From assembly GCA_965242965.1 (NCBI GenBank), contig OZ251518.1:3040001-3104000 (forward strand): DNA of 64,000 bases, in the 5' to 3' direction. A model generated the notes under the pieces. It did not search any database and was not told the origin of the DNA. It saw only the letters and a program-made list of their open reading frames with translations. This stretch comes from Candidatus Poribacteria bacterium (GTDB lineage Bacteria; Poribacteria; WGA-4E; WGA-3G). This document shows, in pieces, positions 39,566 to 48,144 of this stretch. Each line of letters begins with the position of its first letter. The first letter of the stretch is position 1. The translations under genes and the position numbers were made by a program.

Positions 39566-40336
39566 ATGAGAAAACTAGAGATAAAAAACCTCACGCAGAG
39601 TTTCGTCCAGAACGGCACGCGCCTGCCGGTGTTAAATGGGTTAACCTTCACCGTTGCGGCAGGCGAGTTCGTTGCGCTATTAGGGCCTTCCGGTTGTGGT
39701 AAAAGCACGCTGTTTAATATCATCGCCGGTTTGCTAGAACCGGACAGCGGCGCGGTTTACCTCAACGGCGAGCGCGTCCGCGGCAACACCGGCAGGTTCG
39801 CTTACATGCAACAGAAGGAACTGCTTTTGCAATGGCGCACCGTGCTGAAAAACGTGCTAGTCGGACCGGAAATTCAGAAGGAGCCGCGGGATGCCGCAAA
39901 AACGGAAGCGATGCAACGCCTCGCGCAACTCGGATTAAGCGGGTTTGAACAAAGTTATCCGATGCAACTTTCAGGCGGCATGCGGCAGCGGGTGGCCTTA
40001 GTGCGGACACTTTTGTTTCGGAAGGAGACGCTGCTGTTAGACGAACCGTTCGGCGCGCTGGATGCGATGACGCGCACCGGCATGCAAGCCATCCTGCTCG
40101 ATGTATGGCGCGCTGGCGGACAGACTATCCTACTGATAACGCACGATATTGAGGAAGCACTGCTACTCGCCGACAAAATCTGTGTGTTAACAGCACGCCC
40201 GGCGACGCTCAAAATGGAGATGGCTGTCCCACTGCCGAGGCCCCGCAACGTCACAGATGATGCCTTTATTGAACTGAAGCGGACGTTATTGGATACGTTG
40301 CAGGTAGAGATGACGCAGGTTTTCAATCCTGCTTAG
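39566..40336 (+). CDS. ABC ATP-binding protein (nitrate/sulfonate/thiamine-precursor type)
   Basis: GPSGCGKST, LSGGMRQR, LLDEPFGALD, ITHDIEEA. Confidence 0.9.
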   Translation: MRKLEIKNLTQSFVQNGTRLPVLNGLTFTVAAGEFVALLGPSGCGKSTLFNIIAGLLEPDSGAVYLNGERVRGNTGRFAYMQQKELLLQWRTVLKNVLVGPEIQKEPRDAAKTEAMQRLAQLGLSGFEQSYPMQLSGGMRQRVALVRTLLFRKETLLLDEPFGALDAMTRTGMQAILLDVWRAGGQTILLITHDIEEALLLADKICVLTARPATLKMEMAVPLPRPRNVTDDAFIELKRTLLDTLQVEMTQVFNPA

Positions 40337-41216
40337 TCAATTCATGCCAAAACGAGCGCGAGGCGCGGTTCATGTTGTCAAGCATTTCGTAGTCTCCTTT
40401 TTGGCAGAATTCATACAACGCTTGCGTGAGCGGCATCTCAAATCCCGCCGCCGCTGCCTCGGCGAGGAAATAGGGCAGTTCCGGGTATTTGACGACGAGG
40501 GTGTTGCCTTTGCCGTCCACAATTTGCTTGGCGATGCTGTCAAACTGCCCGCGCCAGTCGTCTCCCATGCCGATGGCTTGGCGGATAGCCGTGGGTTCAA
40601 TGCCCGCGCGCACGCCGTAAGCCATCGCTTCCATGAAGGCAGCCGCGCCGAGTCCCATTGCGACTTGGTTGACACCTTTGACAATCTGTCCGGCACCACT
40701 CGGCCCGCAGTAAACCACATGGTGTGGCTCCCCGAGAATTTCCAAAAGTTGCCGGCACTTTTCGACAGCCGCCGCTTCGCCGCCGACAAAGATGCGGAGG
40801 GTGCCGGTTTCAGAACCGTGCGGGCCGCCGCTTACGGGTGCATCGATGAGCGTCGCGCCTTTCTCGGCGAACGCCGCCGCTAATCGGCGGGTTGCGGAGG
40901 CTTCAGTCGTGCCCATGTCAATGAAAATGTGTCCGTTGCGAGCGTGTGGCAAAAATGCGTTCTCTGCAATGTCAACAAAGACATCAGAGGAGCGGAGGCT
41001 TGTCAGCACAACGTCACTCCGTTTGGCGACATCAGCGGCGTTATTTGCGGCGAGCGCGCCGGCAGTGACAAGTGCGTCGCGCTTTTCCGAGACACTATCG
41101 TATCCGATGAGCGGGTAGCCGGCGTTGAGGAGGTTCCGCGCCATGCGACTACCCATGTTTCCGAGTCCGACGAAACCGAGCGTCGGGAGTTGAGTTGCGT
41201 GTTGGGATTTCATCAT
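40323..41216 (-). CDS. Beta-hydroxyacid dehydrogenase (3-hydroxyisobutyrate dehydrogenase family)
   Basis: GFVGLGNMG, DAPVSGG, GAGQIVKGVNQ; a TTGACA-17-TACCAT promoter lies directly before ATG 41216. Confidence 0.88.
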   Translation of the reverse strand: MMKSQHATQLPTLGFVGLGNMGSRMARNLLNAGYPLIGYDSVSEKRDALVTAGALAANNAADVAKRSDVVLTSLRSSDVFVDIAENAFLPHARNGHIFIDMGTTEASATRRLAAAFAEKGATLIDAPVSGGPHGSETGTLRIFVGGEAAAVEKCRQLLEILGEPHHVVYCGPSGAGQIVKGVNQVAMGLGAAAFMEAMAYGVRAGIEPTAIRQAIGMGDDWRGQFDSIAKQIVDGKGNTLVVKYPELPYFLAEAAAAGFEMPLTQALYEFCQKGDYEMLDNMNRASRSFWHELTKQD

Positions 41217-41389
41217 ATATTCATGGTAGCAGCGGCGCGGAAACATGTCAATGAAAAACTGAGAAAAACTAAAAAAAATGTCCTTGACAAACGTCTTGGG
41301 ATGTGGTATCCTATTTATCGCTGGCGCGATGTTCGTGCACTCGTGCTTCGTATCTTCGCCCGAAACCTGATAATAAAGAGGAATTTCCA

Positions 41390-42358
41390 ATGCCGTATAT
41401 CAAAATTCCCAAGGGGTGGGAAATCCCTGAAAGCCAAGTTACCCCGGAATCAGACTATATGAACCGCCGTCGTTTCATTAAAGAGCTCGGCACGGTGGGG
41501 GCAGGTGCGTTATCCCTGTCGCTGTTAGGTTCCGAGGCGTTCGCGCGCCCGAAAAACGTTGAGGAACAATTGGCGGCGTTTCGTGATAAGCCGCTCGCTC
41601 TGGAACACAACCCGCAATTCACTGTGAAACGGCAGATGACAGACGAAGTCGTTGCCGCTACCTATAACAACTTTTATGAGTTCAGTAGCGGCAAGCAAAA
41701 TCTTTGGAAGCTGATGGAAGACTTTGAGACGCGCCCGTGGCAGCTTGACATCGGCGGGCTCGTTCACAAACCGATGACGTTAGATGTCGACGATTTGCTC
41801 AGGCAGATGCCGCTGGAAGAACGCATCTATCGCTTCCGGTGCGTTGAAACGTGGGCAATGGTGGTACCGTGGGTAGGGTTTCCGATGAAAGCCTTGCTTG
41901 AGAAAGTCCAACCTACTGCCGATGCCAAGTATGTGGAGATGCACACCTTTTGGAATGCCGATGTAGCACCGCAGCAACGGAACTCTCGTTTGCCGTGGCC
42001 CTATATTGAAGGGTTGACAGTTGCAGAAGCGATGAACGAGTTAACGCTGCTCACCGTCGGCATCTATGGGCACATCTTACCGCCACAACACGGCGCGCCT
42101 ATTCGGCTCATTGTTCCGTGGAAATATGGATTTAAGAGTATCAAATCGATTGTGCGGATGACGTTAACGAACAAACAGCCGCGAACCTTCTGGAATACAC
42201 TATCGCCGCGGGAATATGGGTTTGAGTCGAACGTCAACCCTACAGTACCACATCCACGCTGGTCCCAAGCGACAGAGTGGATGATAGGCACACGCGAACG
42301 GCATCCGACGCAACTTTACAACGGCTACGGTGATGCCGTCGCGCATCTATATGAGTAA
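41390..42358 (+). CDS. msrP: Protein-methionine-sulfoxide reductase catalytic subunit
   Basis: Tat motif NRRRFI, YNNFYEF, ERIYRFRCVE, QHGAPIRLIVPWKYGFKSIK, HPRWSQATE. Confidence 0.93.
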   Translation: MPYIKIPKGWEIPESQVTPESDYMNRRRFIKELGTVGAGALSLSLLGSEAFARPKNVEEQLAAFRDKPLALEHNPQFTVKRQMTDEVVAATYNNFYEFSSGKQNLWKLMEDFETRPWQLDIGGLVHKPMTLDVDDLLRQMPLEERIYRFRCVETWAMVVPWVGFPMKALLEKVQPTADAKYVEMHTFWNADVAPQQRNSRLPWPYIEGLTVAEAMNELTLLTVGIYGHILPPQHGAPIRLIVPWKYGFKSIKSIVRMTLTNKQPRTFWNTLSPREYGFESNVNPTVPHPRWSQATEWMIGTRERHPTQLYNGYGDAVAHLYE

Positions 42359-42385
42359 TTTCGTCACTCGCGAGGGACAACAGGT

Positions 42386-43306
42386 ATGCCGATGCAGACA
42401 ACAATAGCCGTTTTCAGTTTATGGCTGCTGTTTCCCGCGCTCGTATCGGCTGTCTGGGATGTGGCAGAGAGCCCGCATTTCCGCGTCTACTTCCGAGAGG
42501 GCACCGTCGCGCCGGCACCGATAGTTCAGGACGCGGAAGAGTTCTACGTGGAGATGCATCGCCTCACGCGTGGCATGCCCAAGGCGAAAATTGACATCCG
42601 CATCTGCAATACACAAGCGGATTTTCAGGCGGCGGTGCATGCGCCGATTCAAGATTGGGCGGTGGGGTGCGCCTTCCCGCGGCAGCGGCGCGTTTTTATC
42701 CAACATCCGACGCATCTCGCGCACGCGAAACTTCAGTTGGCACAGGTGCTGCGGCACGAGATTGCGCACGTTCTCTTCTGGCAGTATACACAGCAGGCTT
42801 CAGCCGGCATCCCGTTATGGTTCGTGGAAGGCATCGCCATCTATCTCGCAAAAGAGTGGGTGCCGAGTCGGCACGAGACGTTGCTCAGTCGTATCTTTTC
42901 AAACACTATCTTGCCGCTGTCCTCGCTGACGCGCGAGTTCCCCGCTGCACAGAAGGATGCAGATTTAGCGTATGCGCAAAGTCAAGACGCGCTCCACTGG
43001 CTCGTGGAAGTCAAGGGTAGCGAGACGCTGTGGGCCCTGGTGGAACAACTCCACGCGGGGCACCCTTTCGATACCGCTTTTGAAGATACCGTCGGCTGGG
43101 ATGTTGCCACGTTTGATGCGCAATGGCGTGCATCGCTGTCGGAACGTTATCAATGGATGGCACTCTTTTCCAATACCTATCTCTTTTGGGGTGGGATTGG
43201 CGGATTGGCCCTGCTCAGCTATCTCTTCTGTTGGCAGCGCAGGCGCAAGCATCTGAAAAAACTCGCGGAACAGGAAGAAGGCGTAGATGCTTTTTTTGAG
43301 GCGTAG
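42386..43306 (+). CDS. Peptidase MA-like metalloprotease with a C-terminal TM anchor
   Basis: LRHEIAH, PLWFVEGIA, signal peptide, C-terminal TM helix. Confidence 0.8.
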   Translation: MPMQTTIAVFSLWLLFPALVSAVWDVAESPHFRVYFREGTVAPAPIVQDAEEFYVEMHRLTRGMPKAKIDIRICNTQADFQAAVHAPIQDWAVGCAFPRQRRVFIQHPTHLAHAKLQLAQVLRHEIAHVLFWQYTQQASAGIPLWFVEGIAIYLAKEWVPSRHETLLSRIFSNTILPLSSLTREFPAAQKDADLAYAQSQDALHWLVEVKGSETLWALVEQLHAGHPFDTAFEDTVGWDVATFDAQWRASLSERYQWMALFSNTYLFWGGIGGLALLSYLFCWQRRRKHLKKLAEQEEGVDAFFEA

Positions 43307-43313
43307 TAACATC

Positions 43314-44321
43314 ATGAACGGTTCTCTCATGCTCGTGTCATTTTGGCTGGCGTGCTTCGTTGCAGTGGCGGCGGCACAGCCGAAGCACCTCTCACAGTAT
43401 CCCAATCAACTCACGCGCGATGGGCACCTCCTCGTTTTGCCAGAACGGGGAACGCTCTACATCGTCTCCGATTTGCACGCGCATTGGGACGATTTCAACG
43501 CATGGCTGGAACAGACGCAGCTGCTCGCGCGCATTGAAGCCGGTGAAGATGTGTACGGACTCATCCTCGGTGATGCGATTGACTATAAACCCGATGAACC
43601 GAGGCAGCCGCCTTACGGCGACACGCTTATCATTGAACGCGTGATGGACATCCGGCAGCACCTCGGCGAGCGTGGCGAACGGCTCATCTACTTGCGCGGA
43701 AATCATGAATTCGCGGCTGCGGATACCTACGCCAAACTGAAACAGCACGGCATGACAGAGAAAAATCGGGAGCAACTCGTTCGCGCGTTGTATAATGGGC
43801 CATCGGGCACCTATTATCAGCAATTCAATTTCATTGAGAGAATGACAGACGCGCACTATGCGTTTCTGATGAGTCTTCCTACCGTCGTCATTGGAAAAAA
43901 CGGATGTGTTGCGGTACACGCAGGTCCGGCGCGTAGGCTCACAGGCCTCGCTGATTTGGTTGCGCCGGGGCCGAAAACCTTAGATGAACTGCTCTGGCAT
44001 CGTCCGAATATCACGCTCAGCGGCGGCTATACGGTGGCGCATACCGCCAATTTCTTGAAAACGCTTCGCGCGCAGCTGCTCGTTGTCGGGCATACGCCTA
44101 TCCGTTATTTTCCTCCGAAAAACGTGCGCGATGGCGTGGCGACATTCGGGGAGAATCAACTTATTTTCTCGACAGGCTACGGTGGTTTGCCGGGTGTGCC
44201 AACCTATATTGAAATTGATTTGGCGGAAACATATCCCTCCGTGCATGCCTTGAAATTAGGCGTGAATATCCATCATCTCTATCCGGCGGGACATCACGAG
44301 CAGAAGGAGGAGGCGCGCTAG
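43314..44321 (+). CDS. Secreted calcineurin-like metallophosphoesterase
   Basis: SDLH, GDAID, RGNHE, VHAG, GHT. Confidence 0.82.
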   Translation: MNGSLMLVSFWLACFVAVAAAQPKHLSQYPNQLTRDGHLLVLPERGTLYIVSDLHAHWDDFNAWLEQTQLLARIEAGEDVYGLILGDAIDYKPDEPRQPPYGDTLIIERVMDIRQHLGERGERLIYLRGNHEFAAADTYAKLKQHGMTEKNREQLVRALYNGPSGTYYQQFNFIERMTDAHYAFLMSLPTVVIGKNGCVAVHAGPARRLTGLADLVAPGPKTLDELLWHRPNITLSGGYTVAHTANFLKTLRAQLLVVGHTPIRYFPPKNVRDGVATFGENQLIFSTGYGGLPGVPTYIEIDLAETYPSVHALKLGVNIHHLYPAGHHEQKEEAR

Positions 44322-45191
44322 ATGCGGCCACTGCTTTATATCATGACACCGGTGCTGATTCTCACCGTTGTGCTGGCATCTCGGTTTGTAACCTGGGACA
44401 AGGTGAAAAGTGAAAATCGCGAGGCACTCGCGCACGTGCAGGCGGGAACGAAGTTTCTGCGCGAATGGCAGCTACCGCAGGCGAAAGCGGCGTTCACGCA
44501 GGCAATAGCGGTTGACGCGCGGTATGCGGAGGCGTATGTGAAACGGGGCCTCGCCTCTTATCGTTCTGCACAGTATGAAGATGCCATCGCCGATTACACG
44601 CAGACGTTAGCCCTCAACCGGTATCACGCCGATGCCTACGCGAGCCGCGGCGATGCCTACCGTGCTATAGGCGATGCGCAGCGTGCCATTGCTGACTATA
44701 CCGCCTCGCTGAAGAAGAGGTGGAACGCAGCAGTGATGCTGAAACGGGCCACAACCTATCAGGAACGTGGCGAACTGACAGCGGCTTTTCCTGACTACGA
44801 TGCCGTCCTTCATCGGCAGCCCAGTGCAATGGCTTATTATGCCCGCGGCACCGCTTATCTCAGCGGCGGCAAGGTGAAATTGGCACTGGCTGACATAGAT
44901 AAGGCTGTTAGCTTAGCACCGCGGTTTGCAGTGGCGTATGTCCAGCGCGGGCAAATTTATGCACAATTAGGACAACCAGCTTCGGCACAGGCGGATGCTG
45001 CGCAGGCTGTCCTGTTGCTCACCGAGGCGATTCAGCAGTGGCAAGGCGAGGCGCACGCGCTCATCGCTGTTTACTATTGGCGCGCCTTCGCCTGTCAGCA
45101 ATTGAATGAAATGGACAAGGCACGAAACGATGCCAATACCGCCACTCAACAGATTTTTCAATTTTTTCTTGAAAAATCGCGACATTTATGA
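44322..45191 (+). CDS. Membrane-anchored TPR protein
   Basis: N-terminal TM helix; repeated AY..RG...A.ADY units. Confidence 0.82.
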   Translation: MRPLLYIMTPVLILTVVLASRFVTWDKVKSENREALAHVQAGTKFLREWQLPQAKAAFTQAIAVDARYAEAYVKRGLASYRSAQYEDAIADYTQTLALNRYHADAYASRGDAYRAIGDAQRAIADYTASLKKRWNAAVMLKRATTYQERGELTAAFPDYDAVLHRQPSAMAYYARGTAYLSGGKVKLALADIDKAVSLAPRFAVAYVQRGQIYAQLGQPASAQADAAQAVLLLTEAIQQWQGEAHALIAVYYWRAFACQQLNEMDKARNDANTATQQIFQFFLEKSRHL

Positions 45192-45270
45192 TATACTATT
45201 GAATGTCTAGTTGGTATTTCACTTTCGTGATGTCACATTGGAAAACCGACGTGCATTCGGAGGAACATTG

Positions 45271-45891
45271 GTGCCGGAACATCAACCCGATAACGGTGAG
45301 GAAAGAACGCCTCTTCCAGAGCCCGAAAAAGAGGAGGAGGACGAGAGGTACGTCGCTTTTCCGGGCGGTATCCCGAAGCGATGGTTCAACCCCGCGTTTT
45401 ATCTCTTTCTCACGATACTTGTTACCTACGCGGTAGTGGCAATCATTGGCGAATTTCAGGAAGGCGCGAAGTTAAAATCATCGCTGGTGGTGATAGCAAG
45501 ACACATCTGGATGCATCTTGCTGACTTCTGTTTCACCTTAGTCGTCGCCACCGTTGTTATTTGCAAAGGATTGGAGCGTGTCATGTATTATCTAGATGCG
45601 AAGCGGCAAGCCGCGCGGGATAGAAGGCGTGCTGAACGAGCCGAACGGCTTAATGAGGAATATAAACAAGAACAGCAGCGCGCCGAGCACGAGCGGCAGC
45701 GTGCCGAACAACTCGCTGAACAAGCGAGGCAGCTCGCCGAACAGGAACGGCAGCGTGCCGAACAGGAACGTCAGCATGCTGAACAGGAACGGCAGCGCGC
45801 CGAACAGGAACAGCAACGCGCCGAACAGGCCGAGGCTGAAAAAGAACGGCTTTTGCAAGAATTGCAGAAGTATCGCGAAGACGAGGAGTAA
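45271..45891 (+). CDS. Membrane protein with a C-terminal (E/A)RQRAEQ heptad-repeat coiled coil
   Basis: TTGAAA-17-TATACT promoter at 45169-45197; GGAGG RBS before GTG 45271; two TM helices; internal GGAG+ATG at 45583. Confidence 0.65.
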   Translation: MPEHQPDNGEERTPLPEPEKEEEDERYVAFPGGIPKRWFNPAFYLFLTILVTYAVVAIIGEFQEGAKLKSSLVVIARHIWMHLADFCFTLVVATVVICKGLERVMYYLDAKRQAARDRRRAERAERLNEEYKQEQQRAEHERQRAEQLAEQARQLAEQERQRAEQERQHAEQERQRAEQEQQRAEQAEAEKERLLQELQKYREDEE

Positions 45892-45946
45892 GAACCGACG
45901 ACTCCTCGCACAACCGCCGCTGTTTTGTAAAGGATTGGAGCGTGTC

Positions 45947-46225
45947 ATGTATTATTTAGACGCGAAGCGGCAAGCCGCGCGGGATAGACGGCGTGCTGAA
46001 CGAGCCGAGCAGCTTATTGAAGAATATAAGTTGCGCATTGAGCAGGAACAGCAGCGTGCCGAACAGCTCGCTGAGCAAGCGAGGCAGCGCGCCGAACAGG
46101 AACGGCAGCGCGCTGAACAAGCCAGACAGCGCGCTGAACAAGCCAGACAGCGCGCCGAACAGGCCGAGGCTGAAAAAGAACGGCTTTTGCAAGAATTGCA
46201 AAAGTATCGCGAAGACGAGGAATAA
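45947..46225 (+). CDS. Standalone duplicate of the C-terminal coiled-coil module (92 aa)
   Basis: AAAGGATTGGAGCGTGTC-ATG is identical to the internal start of the upstream gene; product MYYLDAKRQAARDRRRAERAE...KYREDEE. Confidence 0.6.
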   Translation: MYYLDAKRQAARDRRRAERAEQLIEEYKLRIEQEQQRAEQLAEQARQRAEQERQRAEQARQRAEQARQRAEQAEAEKERLLQELQKYREDEE

Positions 46226-46291
46226 GAACCGACGACTCCTCGCACAACCGCCGCTGTATCGTTAAGCAGCGGCAGGAGGTTATTAGCATTC

Positions 46292-46567
46292 ATGACAGGA
46301 GATGCATTGGGTTTAATTGAGACGAGAGGCTTAGTCGGCAGCATTGAAGCCGCCGATGCGATGGTAAAAGCTGCAAACGTCCAACTCATCGGCTATGAAC
46401 AGGTGGGCGGCGGTTACGTGACAGTAATGGTGCGCGGCGATGTCGGCGCAGTAAAAGCGGCGACAGATGCCGGTGCCGAAGCTGCAGCGCGCGTCGGCGA
46501 AATCGTCTCTGTCCACGTCATCCCGCGTCCGCACGCGGAAGTGGAAACTATCTTACGCAAAGCGTAA
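46292..46567 (+). CDS. Bacterial microcompartment hexamer shell protein (EutM/PduA/CcmK-like)
   Basis: [38 protein letters not shown]. Confidence 0.95.
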   Translation: MTGDALGLIETRGLVGSIEAADAMVKAANVQLIGYEQVGGGYVTVMVRGDVGAVKAATDAGAEAAARVGEIVSVHVIPRPHAEVETILRKA

Positions 46568-46598
46568 GCGCGCACCGAAACGAAAAGGGAGATAACGG

Positions 46599-47303
46599 AT
46601 GCCAGAACAGGGACTTGTTGCGCTCATTACGCAGCGAGTGATGAACAGACTGCAAACCGAACAGGCGTGCAGCGGATGCGCCTTGCGCACCTGCAACGCC
46701 GGCAACCGCGCCTGCGATGCCGCTAGCCAGCAACAGAAGATTCCGGTGGGAATCTCAGCGCGACACGCACACGTGACGCAGGAACACCTTGAAATCCTTT
46801 ACGGCGCGGGGCATCAACTCACTGTCTACGCACCGCTCTATCAGCCGGGGGCATTCGCCGCGGCAGAGACGCTCACTATCGTCGGTAAGCGGATGCGAGC
46901 CATTGAGGCTGTCCGCATCCTCGGCCCCGTCCGCGACTACTCTCAAGTTGAGATAGCGCAAACGGAAGCGATTCGGCTCGGTTTAAATCCACCCATTCGG
47001 GATTCCGGGACACTTGCCGGCGCGGAACCGATAACTCTCGTCGGGCCCGCAGGGACTGTCTATTTGGACGAAGGCGCAATCTGCGCCACGCGACACATTC
47101 ACATGACACCGGCGGAAGCAGCAGCATTCGGCGTTGACGAAAACTCGCGACTGAAAGTGCATTTTCCCGGCGAACGCGCGCTAACGCTTGAAAACGTCAG
47201 ACCCAAAATTCACGAATCTTATGTGCTGCAGATGCACCTTGACACCGATGATGCCAACGCCGCGGGATTAAAAGGCGGCGAGGCTGTTGAACTCGCACGA
47301 TGA
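46599..47303 (+). CDS. pduL: Phosphate propanoyltransferase
   Basis: GISARHAHV, LYQPG.FAA.E, VRILGP.R..SQVE, RHIHMTP, MHLDTDDANA. Confidence 0.9.
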   Translation: MPEQGLVALITQRVMNRLQTEQACSGCALRTCNAGNRACDAASQQQKIPVGISARHAHVTQEHLEILYGAGHQLTVYAPLYQPGAFAAAETLTIVGKRMRAIEAVRILGPVRDYSQVEIAQTEAIRLGLNPPIRDSGTLAGAEPITLVGPAGTVYLDEGAICATRHIHMTPAEAAAFGVDENSRLKVHFPGERALTLENVRPKIHESYVLQMHLDTDDANAAGLKGGEAVELAR

Positions 47304-47324
47304 ATTTCGCTCGCCGACGAAAAA

Positions 47325-48071
47325 ATGAATCAGGAACTTACCGAACAGGTGCGGAGAATCACTGAAAAAGTGCTGAAGGAACTGGAGCAAACGGCTGCAC
47401 AGAACCGGCAGGTGCTCGCTATCTTCGGGACGACGCAGACAGGATTGGATATCCCGCTCCAGCAACTCCAGCAGTGCCGGCAAGAGGGATGGAAAATTCA
47501 AATAATTTTGTCCGAACTTGCCACTAAAACGTTACCCATCTCGCCGATTCAGGCGGCGTTTGGCGAAGAAAACATCTGGCAGGAGAATGCACTGCGCGAT
47601 ATCGCCGAGATTGTGGATGCCTATCCGTTGATTGTGCTCCCCGCGCTCGCTTATCCGATGGCCGCCAAACTTGCGCTACGGTTAGTGGATACGCCTTGCA
47701 CCTATTTAGTGTTTGAGGCACTGCAGCACGAGAAAAGGGTGATAGCCGCATCCGACGCATTCGGGACACGCCTGCAACACACGCATGCAAAATCGTTCGG
47801 AAAACTGCTTGAGACAGAATATGTCAACGCTTTATCCGAACTCGGCGTTCAATGGGTAACGGCATCGCGCCTCGCCGAAGCTATTAATGAAGCAAGCATG
47901 GCGACGCGGACAACCGTGGAGACAGCGGTAATCAGCGCATCTGTGATTGCAGCCCTCACGCCAGAGACGCAAGAGTTGTTCTACATAACGCCAGCGATAG
48001 TTACGCCACTTGCCCGTGAGCACGCGCAAAAAAGAGGCATAAAACTGATACCGAAACGCAAATCGGATTAA
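47325..48071 (+). CDS. BMC-associated flavoprotein-like protein
   Basis: N-terminal amphipathic helix, flavoprotein-like core (AAKLAL...D), C-terminal IVTPLARE motif. Confidence 0.55.
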   Translation: MNQELTEQVRRITEKVLKELEQTAAQNRQVLAIFGTTQTGLDIPLQQLQQCRQEGWKIQIILSELATKTLPISPIQAAFGEENIWQENALRDIAEIVDAYPLIVLPALAYPMAAKLALRLVDTPCTYLVFEALQHEKRVIAASDAFGTRLQHTHAKSFGKLLETEYVNALSELGVQWVTASRLAEAINEASMATRTTVETAVISASVIAALTPETQELFYITPAIVTPLAREHAQKRGIKLIPKRKSD

Positions 48072-48073
48072 TC

Positions 48074-48102
48074 TTGACATTTATCTCGGAAAATTGTATC
48101 AT
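48074..48102 (+). promoter_or_regulatory. Sigma70-like promoter
   Basis: TTGACA, 17 nt, TATCAT; AGGAGG RBS downstream. Confidence 0.65.
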
Positions 48103-48144
48103 ATTTCTCATAATACGTAGAAACTTAACGTAGGAGGAATTCTC

